The notes under the pieces were generated by a model, which had not been told where the DNA came from, did not search any database, and saw only the letters and a list, made by a program, of their open reading frames with translations. Of a stretch of DNA of 64,000 nt, positions 49,940-59,817 are shown in pieces. Positions within the stretch are counted from its first letter, which is position 1. Every line of letters begins with the position of its first letter. A program made the position numbers and the translations under genes. Source of the stretch: Candidatus Culexmicrobium cathedralense (GTDB lineage Archaea > Thermoproteota > Methanomethylicia > Culexarchaeales > Culexmicrobiaceae); NCBI GenBank assembly GCA_025061115.1, contig JANZKC010000001.1, positions 128,001 through 192,000 of the forward strand, read 5' to 3'.

Positions 49940-51409
49940 ATGAAAAATATATCTTTAATAATGATGTCGTATTTAAGTCTAATAAAGTGCACAAGATGTC
50001 AAGCCGAATATGATGCAAACACCATTCTAAGCCGTTGCAATAAGTGCAACGGACCCCTGGAAGTCATTTACAATTATGATGAACTACGCAACTGGATATC
50101 CAGAGGAGAATTCGAGAAGAGAGTTGATGGAATTTGGAAGTATGTCGAATTACTTCCATGCCCTTCAAGCTCTGCAATTACCCTAGGCGAAGGCAATACG
50201 CTGCTAATCAAGTGCGAAAAGCTTGGCAGAAAGCTTGGATTAAGAAAGCTTTACATAAAGGATGAAACCAAGAATCCAACTGGCTCATTTATGGATCGCG
50301 GATCATCAGTTTTAATTACAAAGCTTTGCGAAGCGAAATTTAGCGGAGTTTACGGAGTTTTTAAGGGGAATCTAGGAGCATCCCTAGCTGCATACTCAGC
50401 TAAAGCCGGTATAAAATGCACAGTTTTCATTTCGGATAGAATTGATGCAAGCAAGATATATCAAATGATAGCATTCGGAGCCACCATATACCCAAGGAAC
50501 AAGATGAGTGAAGTTAAGTTCGGCGATAAACATTACTTTGCCGATAATGCAGATCCATTTCTACTGGAAGGTGAAAAAACTATAGGATTTGAAATTATTG
50601 AAAACTTAGACTGGCATCTCCCCGACTTCATTATAGCTCCAATGGGAACTGGCGGATTAATATCAGCCATTTGGAAGGCAATTAGAGAATTTGAGTATCT
50701 CGATCTGATGAGCGAATCTAAATCCAAATTGATTGGAGTTCAATCTGAAAAGTGCTCCCCCATTGTAGATGAATTCTTGTTAGGAGAAGCCAGGGAAGTT
50801 GATGCTGGAAGTACAATTGCCGTTGACATTGCATTTGAAAAGCCAAGTAGAGATTTAGAGGCTATAAGAGCTCTTAAGGAAAGCAGCGGCCATGCATTCA
50901 AAGTTTCAGATGAAGAAATGCTGCTTGCCTCAATGATGCTAGCTAAAATGGAGGGAGTTTTCGCTGAGCCGGCTGCAGCATCTACAATAGCTTGCGTAAA
51001 AAGGATGATAGACGAAGGAATTTTAGATTCATCAGACACGGTAATATGCATCATAACTGGCTCAGGATTAAAAGACCCAGTAGCAGCAGTAAAAGAACTT
51101 GAGAAGAACCTTACTTTAGAAAAATTCATCAAATTAAAGGTTAGAATGAAGCCGAGACTTGGAATTGGAAGCACTAAGATAAAAATTTTAAAAATATTAA
51201 CTAGCGAAAAACTCCATGGATATGAAATTTGGAAGAAGCTTCACGAAATTGGATTGGAAATTTCAATTCCAGCAGTATATCAACACCTTAAAGAACTGGA
51301 GCAAATGGGACTAATATCAAGGGGCAAAAGCGAAGTTGTTGAAGGTAGAATAAGGACATACTACGCAATAACAAGTAGAGGTATAGAGCTTCTTAAAGCA
51401 TTAACATAA
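49940..51409 (+). CDS. Threonine-synthase-fold protein lacking the PLP lysine, fused to a C-terminal PadR-like winged HTH
   Basis: CxxC zinc knuckles, LGEGNT, NPTGSF-M-DRG, EGKTxxxE-like, PMGTGG, EPAAA, ITGSGLKD; C-terminal LHGYEIWK...AVYQHLKELE..GLI...RTYYAIT. Confidence 0.85.
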   Translation: MKNISLIMMSYLSLIKCTRCQAEYDANTILSRCNKCNGPLEVIYNYDELRNWISRGEFEKRVDGIWKYVELLPCPSSSAITLGEGNTLLIKCEKLGRKLGLRKLYIKDETKNPTGSFMDRGSSVLITKLCEAKFSGVYGVFKGNLGASLAAYSAKAGIKCTVFISDRIDASKIYQMIAFGATIYPRNKMSEVKFGDKHYFADNADPFLLEGEKTIGFEIIENLDWHLPDFIIAPMGTGGLISAIWKAIREFEYLDLMSESKSKLIGVQSEKCSPIVDEFLLGEAREVDAGSTIAVDIAFEKPSRDLEAIRALKESSGHAFKVSDEEMLLASMMLAKMEGVFAEPAAASTIACVKRMIDEGILDSSDTVICIITGSGLKDPVAAVKELEKNLTLEKFIKLKVRMKPRLGIGSTKIKILKILTSEKLHGYEIWKKLHEIGLEISIPAVYQHLKELEQMGLISRGKSEVVEGRIRTYYAITSRGIELLKALT

Positions 51410-51532
51410 CAAAAATAAGCTATTCGCATCACTAAGATGTGAAGCAAAGCTCAAAGCAGAAATCTAATACCATCCAATTAAGCTAAATTGAAGTGAATTC
51501 TCTCCACTTTCAATAGATCCGTAATAAAAGAT

Positions 51533-52810
51533 TCAATCCTCCTTCTTTTCTGGTTCTTCAATGTATAATAGCATTAAAATGGTTATTGGAATAATGAAAG
51601 CATATTGAATGAAAAACGGAAGTTTATGCGATAATTTATCATACAAAATTCCACCTATCAATTGACCTGCCGAGCCGGCGATAAGCAGAAAGAAGTTTCT
51701 CGAACCTGCTACCTTTCCACGCTGAGGTCTCGGTATAAAATCAGTAAATAAAGCCGAAGTCGCCGCATAAGACAGTATATTTGAAAGACCCACCAATGGC
51801 ACTCCAAAAAGTAGTAGGGTGAAATTGCCATAAATGATTAATGGCAAGACAAATGCCACCAATATTCTTGAAATAATCAATGGCACCTTCTTTCCAATCT
51901 TGTCAATCATCTTACCGCAAGGAATCGAAAGAATGATTACTGAAATTGAGAAAGCAGTGAGAATGTATGACCACTGAACCGGATCAACATTTAGATCCTC
52001 AACGATGTAAAGCAAAATTATGGGATCAATCATTGCAGACGAAAATCTCAATCCAACTTCACTAAAGAATAAAACTAGTGCAGATATATGAACATGCCTC
52101 CACACCCTAAGAGACTCCGCAATGGCCTTCGGATATAAATCAATTAATTCCCGCGCACTTATCCGCTCGGAATTCACTATCGTTTCCTTCAATTTAAGCC
52201 TCAATAAACCCGCAATAGTTAAGGCTAGAAATACAAGCATAAAGCCCAGCCTTACACTTGGAACTAACCCCAACTTCTCATATAGGTAAGCGGCAATCAA
52301 CGGCGAGGGAGTTGTGGAAACACTCGTAATTAAATTAATAATTGAAAAGCCCATCCCCCTTCTCTCAGGCGGAAGGGAATCCATCGTTATTGCCTGAAGA
52401 GCGGGACTATATATGCTACATAGACCTGAAATTACGGCTGCAACCATAATAGTTTGCCAGTTAGGGGCAATGGCATATAGAATCTGGGAAAGCGCCATAA
52501 TGAAAGTCATTCTAGTTATAAGGCGCTTCCTACCATACTTATCAGCTAAATATCCTCCTGGAATTTGCACCAAGGCACTTGTAACCATGAAAACAGAGCC
52601 AATCAGTCCAAGAGCTATTGCTGATCCACCCAAAGCCTTAACGTAGAGAGGATAGTACGTTCTAGACATCTCATCAAAGAAGTCGATAATAATCCAACTA
52701 GTTATCAGTAGTAGGAAGTTCCCCCGAATAAAAGAAAACTCCAAAATAACCTTTGAAATAACCTCTCTAAGCTTTCTGCCAGCACTGAACATCGCCTTAA
52801 ACCTCTTCAA
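51533..52810 (-). CDS. MFS transporter
   Basis: GYLADKYGRK motif A, about 12 TM, PPERRG. Confidence 0.9.
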   Translation of the reverse strand: MKRFKAMFSAGRKLREVISKVILEFSFIRGNFLLLITSWIIIDFFDEMSRTYYPLYVKALGGSAIALGLIGSVFMVTSALVQIPGGYLADKYGRKRLITRMTFIMALSQILYAIAPNWQTIMVAAVISGLCSIYSPALQAITMDSLPPERRGMGFSIINLITSVSTTPSPLIAAYLYEKLGLVPSVRLGFMLVFLALTIAGLLRLKLKETIVNSERISARELIDLYPKAIAESLRVWRHVHISALVLFFSEVGLRFSSAMIDPIILLYIVEDLNVDPVQWSYILTAFSISVIILSIPCGKMIDKIGKKVPLIISRILVAFVLPLIIYGNFTLLLFGVPLVGLSNILSYAATSALFTDFIPRPQRGKVAGSRNFFLLIAGSAGQLIGGILYDKLSHKLPFFIQYAFIIPITILMLLYIEEPEKKED

Positions 52811-53052
52811 CCTTGTTTGCCCGCTGGAGACCGAATTGAAGCATAACTAGGATTTTAACCACTATTTTAAATGAATTACTTATAAGGTTAATTCTAATCA
52901 ATCACCTATTTAATCTTAATCAATTCCATAATTTTACCTCAAGTTTCATCACGAATTAAGAGGCATTAAACTTTGATGTTATCAATTAGCAATTAAATCA
53001 TTTCACCGCATAATTTAATTAGCAATAACTACTTTGATTATGGGGTGAAGAA

Positions 53053-54969
53053 TTGTTGTATCGTGGGCTTATGGCACCAGCGGGCAGTACAGTTCTTCTC
53101 TTAGGAAACGAAGCCATCGCTAGAGGAGCTATCGAAGCTGGAGTGGGCTTTGCAGCAGCATATCCAGGAACTCCTTCAACTGAAATCATCGAGTCTCTTG
53201 CAAGAGTCGCGAGAGATCTTGGAATACATGTTGAATGGAGTACTAATGAGAAAGTGGCTTTTGAAGCGGCCTATGGAGCAGCAATATCCGGTGTTAGATC
53301 ACTGGTTGCTTTGAAGCATGTTGGATTAAATGTAGCTGCAGATCCTCTAATGAGCAGCGCCTACACCGGCGCGGAAGCAGGCTTCGTAATTGTAACTGCA
53401 GACGACCCAAACATGTGGAGCAGCCAAAATGAGCAGGACAATCGCTTTTACGGATTGCACGCATTCATCCCAATATTCGAATCCTACTGCCCCGCGGAAG
53501 TTAAGAACCTCACTAAATATGCATTTGATTTCAGCGAGAAAATGAAGCACCCAGTAATCTTGAGAACCACAACAAGGTTGAGTCACGCTAGAGGCCCAGT
53601 AACCTTAAATGAAATCCCAAAAATAAAGATTAAAGGCAAATTCTCTAAGAACCCTTCAAGATGGACTTTAATTCCAGCCCATGCAAGGAAGCTCAGATCA
53701 CACCTCCTAGAAAAATGGAATGCAATTAAGGAAGCCGTGAATGAAGTTCCATTTAATTGGCTTGAAAGCCATGATTCAAATTTGCTCATAATAGCTTCCG
53801 GCATTGCATATGGATATGTGAAGGACTCGTTGAAAATGCTTCACTTAAACGAGAAAATTGACGTATTAAAGATTTCAACTCCAGTCCCACTGCCCGAAAA
53901 ATTAACTTTGAAAGCTTTGAAGTCTGCAAATAAGGTGCTTGTTGTTGAAGAGCTTGAGCCAATAGTTGAATTAGAAGTTAAGAAATTGGCTTTTGAAAAT
54001 AAATTGGAAATTGAAATTTATGGCAAAAACCTAATCCCACAAATAGGGGAGCTCACCATTGATAGGGTTGCAGAGGGAATAGCGAAAATCGCTGGAGTAA
54101 GCTTAACTCCCCTCACTGAACCGAAAATAGAAATTGAAATACCATCAAGACCACCAACATTTTGCCCAGGATGTCCACATAGAGCATCATTCATGGAATT
54201 GAAAAAAGCATTAGCCCAATTAAAAATTAAAGATGCAATATTCTGTGGAGATATCGGCTGCTATAGCCTAGGCGTATTTCAACCATTCGAAGCTCAAGAC
54301 ATAATTATAGAAATGGGAGGAAGCATAGGCGTAGCCAATGGACTAACACACACTACAAATCAAATACCAATAGCAATCATGGGCGACTCTACATTCTACC
54401 ACGCATGCATACCAGGACTAATAAATGCAATCTACAATAACTCGCCAATGCTAGTATTGGTCTTGGACAATAGAATAACGGCTATGACCGGTCATCAACC
54501 GCATCCAGGAACTGGATTAACAGCTAGCGGAGAAAAAGCCGTCAAAATCCTACCAGAGGACATAGCTAAGGGATTAGGAGTTGAATATGTTGAAATTGCA
54601 GACCCATACGAAGTTAATGAAACCATAAATAAAATCAAGAGAGCATTAAAGTACGTAAGGGATGAAAGAAAAGTAGCATTCATAGTAATGAGAAGAGCAT
54701 GCTCGCTATTAATGGGAATGATAGCTAGGCGAAAAGGCATTGAGAGTCCAAAGTACAAAGTGAATGAGGAGAAGTGTAAAGCATGCGGCATATGCTACGA
54801 CCAATTCGGATGCCCAGCAATAACTCCAACAGCAAACGGGAAAGCCGAAATAATCGGGCAACTATGCATTGGATGCAGCGTATGCGCGCAGCTATGCCCG
54901 TTTAACGCCATAGAAATAGCGAAAAAGGCGAGCAAGAAATGGGAAGACCTCTCTCGCGAGGTGAGATAA
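53053..54969 (+). CDS. iorA: Indolepyruvate:ferredoxin oxidoreductase alpha subunit
   Basis: LLGNEAIARG, YPGTPSTE, KHVGLNVAADP, CPGCPH, GDIGC, C-terminal 2x[4Fe-4S] ferredoxin. Confidence 0.95.
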   Translation: MLYRGLMAPAGSTVLLLGNEAIARGAIEAGVGFAAAYPGTPSTEIIESLARVARDLGIHVEWSTNEKVAFEAAYGAAISGVRSLVALKHVGLNVAADPLMSSAYTGAEAGFVIVTADDPNMWSSQNEQDNRFYGLHAFIPIFESYCPAEVKNLTKYAFDFSEKMKHPVILRTTTRLSHARGPVTLNEIPKIKIKGKFSKNPSRWTLIPAHARKLRSHLLEKWNAIKEAVNEVPFNWLESHDSNLLIIASGIAYGYVKDSLKMLHLNEKIDVLKISTPVPLPEKLTLKALKSANKVLVVEELEPIVELEVKKLAFENKLEIEIYGKNLIPQIGELTIDRVAEGIAKIAGVSLTPLTEPKIEIEIPSRPPTFCPGCPHRASFMELKKALAQLKIKDAIFCGDIGCYSLGVFQPFEAQDIIIEMGGSIGVANGLTHTTNQIPIAIMGDSTFYHACIPGLINAIYNNSPMLVLVLDNRITAMTGHQPHPGTGLTASGEKAVKILPEDIAKGLGVEYVEIADPYEVNETINKIKRALKYVRDERKVAFIVMRRACSLLMGMIARRKGIESPKYKVNEEKCKACGICYDQFGCPAITPTANGKAEIIGQLCIGCSVCAQLCPFNAIEIAKKASKKWEDLSREVR

Positions 54970-54971
54970 AC

Positions 54972-55571
54972 ATGAAGACATTTAACCTTATATTATGCGG
55001 AGTTGGAGGTCAAGGCCTCATAACTCTTGGAAGAATAATTGGAAATGCAGCCATAATTCATGGAACTGGAGTATCAATATCCGAAGTTCACGGAATGGCT
55101 CAGAGAGGAGGAAGCGTAATAGTTCACGTAAGAATAGGAGAACCTGAATCCCCGCTAATCCCGAGAGGAATGGCAGATGCAATGTTATCATTAGAAATAC
55201 TAGAAGCATGCAGAAACCTAACCTACACCAACAATAAAACAGCAATATTCGTAAATAGAAGAATCATTCGCCCCTCAATTCCAGGCATAAAGTTGCCGAC
55301 AATCAATGAAATTCTACACAATCTAAAAAAGATAGGATTGAAAGTTGAAGTTGTGGACGCCCAGAAACTAGCATTAAAAGCCGGAGCACCACTAAGCGAA
55401 AACGTAGTAATGCTTGGAGCACTACTCAGCACGAACATATTAAAGGAGTACATAAGTATTGAAGACGTGGAAAAAGCAATACTAAACTTATTCCCAAAAA
55501 GAATTGCTGAAATAAACCTTAAAGCACTTAACTTAGGCTTAAATTACAAGCACCACCAAACATTAGCTTAG
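54972..55571 (+). CDS. iorB: Indolepyruvate:ferredoxin oxidoreductase beta subunit
   Basis: CGVGGQG, EVHGMAQRGGSV, NVVMLGA; ATG at 54972. Confidence 0.95.
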   Translation: MKTFNLILCGVGGQGLITLGRIIGNAAIIHGTGVSISEVHGMAQRGGSVIVHVRIGEPESPLIPRGMADAMLSLEILEACRNLTYTNNKTAIFVNRRIIRPSIPGIKLPTINEILHNLKKIGLKVEVVDAQKLALKAGAPLSENVVMLGALLSTNILKEYISIEDVEKAILNLFPKRIAEINLKALNLGLNYKHHQTLA

Positions 55572-55655
55572 GGCCAACAAGCATTAAATCTAACGTAAAA
55601 AATGAAAAATCAATTTATTTACTACTTAATATTAATCAATTATTAGGGGATTATA

Positions 55656-56207
55656 ATGGGTAAAGCTGCAGTTATCGTTATTGATATGCTTAAAGACTTC
55701 GTTTACGGAGCCTTAAAGTGCGAGAGAGCATTCAGCATAATACCCAACATTCAAAAGCTCCTTGAAAACGCTAGGAGAAAAGGCATACCAGTAATATACG
55801 CCAATGACGCGCACCTACCTGAAGTAGACTTGGAATTCAAAAAATGGGGTCCACACGCCATTAAAGGAACTGAAGGAGCGGAAGTAATAGATGAGCTAAA
55901 ACCAAAAGACGGAGACTTCATAATAGAGAAGCGAAGATACAGCTCATTCTACGAAACTGGACTCGACATGCTTTTGAGAGAACTTAAAGTTGACACCTTG
56001 ATACTAACTGGCCTGCACACAAACATATGCGTTAAACATACAGCTGCAGATGCATTCTACAGAGGATACAAGATAATCATTCCAGAGGACTGCGTAACCA
56101 CATTTAACGAGGAAGATCATAGGTGGGGATTAAAGTACGCAAAGGAAATTTATGGAGCAGAAATCACAACATCCCAAGAAATAATTAAGAGGTGGAGCGA
56201 AGAATAG
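55656..56207 (+). CDS. Isochorismatase/nicotinamidase-family cysteine hydrolase
   Basis: IDMLKDF, KRRYSSF, GLHTNICV catalytic triad motifs. Confidence 0.9.
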   Translation: MGKAAVIVIDMLKDFVYGALKCERAFSIIPNIQKLLENARRKGIPVIYANDAHLPEVDLEFKKWGPHAIKGTEGAEVIDELKPKDGDFIIEKRRYSSFYETGLDMLLRELKVDTLILTGLHTNICVKHTAADAFYRGYKIIIPEDCVTTFNEEDHRWGLKYAKEIYGAEITTSQEIIKRWSEE

Positions 56208-56307
56208 GGATGGCATTGCGTCAGCTAGCCAGCAATAATTAAAACACATATTATTTAAATCATCAAAACTTAAATTGAGCATGAAATAAGTCGGTCTGGT
56301 GCTTTAA

Positions 56308-57315
56308 ATGAACGGGCAAGCTGAAGATGCATTAGCTGAAGTTAGAATTCTGAAATCAGCTAAACTAATAATTGAAAAACTACTGAGCGTCAAAAGCGGC
56401 GAAAATGTGCTAATAATTAGCGACGACACCTCAGAAATGAAGATGGTAAATGCACTATTCAAATCTGCACTTGAAATAGGCGGAGAACCAGTAATAACAA
56501 TCATGCCAAGCAAATGGCCGTCACATACAACTCTACCAAAAACAATTCATGGAGCATTACAACACGCTCAAGTAGTCATTGGAATCACTAAGAGCACCGG
56601 CGCCCCTTCATACGACTCCGTAGTTGCCAAGTTGCTAAGAGAAAAAAGAATAAGATACATGTCCATGGTTTTAAGGCCACTCGAAAATTGGATAAGTGGC
56701 GCTGCACTCGCAAATTACGATGAAGTCTACTCAACCGCACTAAAGTTGGCTAAAGAATTTGAAGGTAAAAGTGAAATCAAGGTAACTACAAAGTTAGGAA
56801 CTAACATTACAGCATCGATAGATGGAGCAAGAGTAATCATTGAAGCAGGATATGCAACAAGACCAGGAGAATCTGCTGCATTTTCAGATGGAGAAGTTTC
56901 ATTCACCCCAGTTGAAGGCACGGCTAATGGCATGGTAGTTGTTGACGGTCCAATAGCACTTATAGGAAAACCAGAAAAGCCAATAAAAATCGTTGTGAAG
57001 AATGGCAAGGTAACTGAAGTCATTGGCGGCGAAGAAGCAAATAAATTGAAAAAACTAATTGAACAAGTCAAGAATTTAAATAATTTCGCTGAATTCGGCT
57101 TTGGAGTAAACCCAAATGCAAGGCTTGATGGATTCTGGCAGGAAGAGAAAAAGGCTATGGGAACAATGCATATAGCACTTGGAGACAATATATATTATGG
57201 CGGTAAAGTTAAGTGCGAAATTCACATGGATATGGTAGTCTATAAACCAACAGTAGTTGTTGACGGAAAAGTAGTAATAGATGAGGGCAAATTTAAATTA
57301 AGCACTACACTTTAA
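56308..57315 (+). CDS. M29-like (aminopeptidase T/NicX-like) metalloenzyme
   Basis: GEV..TP.EGTANG..VVDG, AEFGFGVNP.A, EEK..GTMHIALG, HMD. Confidence 0.8.
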   Translation: MNGQAEDALAEVRILKSAKLIIEKLLSVKSGENVLIISDDTSEMKMVNALFKSALEIGGEPVITIMPSKWPSHTTLPKTIHGALQHAQVVIGITKSTGAPSYDSVVAKLLREKRIRYMSMVLRPLENWISGAALANYDEVYSTALKLAKEFEGKSEIKVTTKLGTNITASIDGARVIIEAGYATRPGESAAFSDGEVSFTPVEGTANGMVVVDGPIALIGKPEKPIKIVVKNGKVTEVIGGEEANKLKKLIEQVKNLNNFAEFGFGVNPNARLDGFWQEEKKAMGTMHIALGDNIYYGGKVKCEIHMDMVVYKPTVVVDGKVVIDEGKFKLSTTL

Positions 57316-58969
57316 CTTCCAACGTCAGTTGATGGCGAAGAACTCTTCCAGCCATCTTACCAGTATGCTCCCCCTCTTTAATCACTAGTTCACCATTAAC
57401 TAACACATACTTGATACCTACTGGATATTGATATGGATTTAAGTAGGTTGCAGTGTCTGAAATCTCCTTTAAATTGAAAATCACTATGTCAGCCCAGAAG
57501 CCAGGCCTAATAATTCCCCTATCCAATAAGCCAAATTTCTGAGCTGGCAGTGAAGTCATCTTCTTAATTGCTTCCTCAATTGAAATTATACTACTGCCTT
57601 CATCATTCATTAACTCGCTTCTCGAAACGCCCTTAACATACTTCCTAATTACCATTGGAAATGTTCCATAACTTCTTGGATGCATCCTCCCCTCACCAAG
57701 TACGCCGTATGGCGCTAGTGCATAGCCGTCTGAGCCAATCATGGAGGCAGAGTGAAGAAGAACACGCCTAATATCATCCTCATTATAGTAGAAGCCCAAT
57801 ACGTATCCTGAGCCTTTCTCCTCAATAAGAAGATTAAAGTACGCTGTAAATGGGTCCACGCCCATTCGCTTAGCAATCTCAGCAAAGGATAGTCCAACTA
57901 AATCTCTATTCCTCTTACAATAAACTAGGAAAAGCCTGTCCCACATACCCCTCTTAACCAATCCGCATGGGCCGGGTCCAGGCACTGGCTCTTCAATCAT
58001 ATCCCTAATGATCCTCTCCCTAATTTGTGGATCCATAAGCCTCTCAATGATTTTAGAAGCCCCACCCTCTTGAGCCCATGGCGGAAGCAAGGAGCTCAAA
58101 CCAGTGCTACCTGCAATGTAAGGATGCAAATCACATGTAACATCAACACCTCTACTTCTAGCTTCATCAATCAACTTTAAAGTATCCCTCGACCTACCCC
58201 AACCACCAATCTTAGCTGGATGATGAGAAATTTGAACCGAAACACCAGATTCTTCACCAATTCTAATGGCTTCCAAAACTGCTTCAACAATGGTCTCTCT
58301 TTCACCTCTAATATGACTAGCATAAACACCCCTATAACTTGCAACCACCCTGCACAACTCAATTATCTCCTCGGTCTTAGCATACCTCCCCGGAGGGTAA
58401 ACTAGTCCAGTTGACATACCAAAAGCTCCATCCTCCATAGCTTCAGCTATTAAACGCTTCATCTCGGAAAGCTCATCGCTTGATGGTTCACGAGCATCGA
58501 AATTCATAACGCAAATTCTAACTGTGCTATGACCGACAAGCGAAGCAACATTAATAGATAACCCAAGTTTATCTAAGTAATCCAAGTAATCTCCAAATGT
58601 TCTCCAAGTAGGCTTCAAATTAAATTTAGCTAATCTCTTGGAAGCCCAATTCAATGCATATTCGCTTGTAAGCGGAGCAGCTGAAAAGCCACAATTCCCT
58701 ATAATTTCAGTTGTAACTCCCTGCCTAACTTTACTCTCAGCTCTAGGATTAACTAGCAAAGTGAAGTCCGAGTGACTATGAACATCAATAAATCCAGGGC
58801 AAACAATAAGCCCACTAGCATCAATAACTTCATCAGCAACACTTCTCTTCAATTTTCCAACTGAAACTATTTTACCATTTTTAATTCCAATATCAGCTTT
58901 AAACCATAGATTACCAGTTCCATCAACAACTACACCATCGCAAATAATTAAGTCAAAATCTGCACTCAT
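57305..58969 (-). CDS. N-acyl-D-amino-acid deacylase (D-aminoacylase)
   Basis: PGFIDVHSHSD, QGVTTEIIGNCG, STGLVYPPG, SHIRGE, GSDG, HPRSYGTFP; likely ATG at 58969 (ORF track extends to 59011). Confidence 0.9.
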   Translation of the reverse strand: MSADFDLIICDGVVVDGTGNLWFKADIGIKNGKIVSVGKLKRSVADEVIDASGLIVCPGFIDVHSHSDFTLLVNPRAESKVRQGVTTEIIGNCGFSAAPLTSEYALNWASKRLAKFNLKPTWRTFGDYLDYLDKLGLSINVASLVGHSTVRICVMNFDAREPSSDELSEMKRLIAEAMEDGAFGMSTGLVYPPGRYAKTEEIIELCRVVASYRGVYASHIRGERETIVEAVLEAIRIGEESGVSVQISHHPAKIGGWGRSRDTLKLIDEARSRGVDVTCDLHPYIAGSTGLSSLLPPWAQEGGASKIIERLMDPQIRERIIRDMIEEPVPGPGPCGLVKRGMWDRLFLVYCKRNRDLVGLSFAEIAKRMGVDPFTAYFNLLIEEKGSGYVLGFYYNEDDIRRVLLHSASMIGSDGYALAPYGVLGEGRMHPRSYGTFPMVIRKYVKGVSRSELMNDEGSSIISIEEAIKKMTSLPAQKFGLLDRGIIRPGFWADIVIFNLKEISDTATYLNPYQYPVGIKYVLVNGELVIKEGEHTGKMAGRVLRHQLTLEVKV

Positions 58970-59245
58970 CACAGCATAACTATCTAACGATATTAGCTTA
59001 AAGTTTTTCAAACATCATCAGCAAAAACTACCATAAAACCACTACATGAAATATGCAATTTAAACAACTTGAATACAAATGCAAAAAATCATTCGCAAAC
59101 AATAATAAATCAATTAAACCAATAAACATAAATTTCTTAACTAAAATGGTGAACGCTTAATAAAGTACTTAAAACATCAATAGAAAATATTTATGATTAT
59201 TGAAGCTTAAGGTCATACCTTGATTTATAATTAAATTTCTAAAGG

Positions 59246-59392
59246 TTATTTTTTCCACGGATTCTTATCAGTTTTAATTCCACATTTCTTACATTCCCAG
59301 TAATATTCAAGCCTAATAATCCTACCCTTCTTATCGGTAATATACTTGGGTCTCCTAATCCATTCATGAGAACACTTCTTGGACTTCGACAT
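59246..59392 (-). CDS. 48-aa basic zinc-ribbon microprotein (CxH...CxxC)
   Basis: MSKSKKCSHEW...YWECKKCG; GGAGG RBS before the ATG at 59392. Confidence 0.6.
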   Translation of the reverse strand: MSKSKKCSHEWIRRPKYITDKKGRIIRLEYYWECKKCGIKTDKNPWKK

Positions 59393-59817
59393 ATCGCATC
59401 CTCCGATTCGGCTCAAAAATGGTAAAATGTCCTTAAAATATTTTTTCATTCGAAAAGCCCAAGAAATTAAGTCATAATCCTTTCATTCAAGCATCTTAAA
59501 GGATAGCACAACACCTAATGTGAATATGAGAACATCAATTGGAAACTCCACCTAATCAAGCATTAAATGGAAAATAATTGAGGAACTCCAATAAGCCATT
59601 TTCAAACTTAATTAAAGGCAACGTCTCCAGAATACAGAAAGCCTAACATGATGAAAGCAAAACGTAAGATGAGAAGTTCATTTCATATTTATTTTTGAGA
59701 AACTCCTCCGTAAGATTTAATGTTCAAATTTTTAAAATGAAACTTCAGATCAAATAATTCTAATGTTTAATTTCATTGTACATCATAAAGTATTAGCGTT
59801 TACACTCCATTTTAAGA

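Noticed and set aside
49940-51409. Annotating this ORF as a functional thrC
   Set aside because: The PLP-binding Lys is Met and an HTH is fused
59480-59690. Hydrophobic fragments on the minus strand suggesting a decayed membrane gene
   Set aside because: Multiple stops and frame changes, no identifiable family
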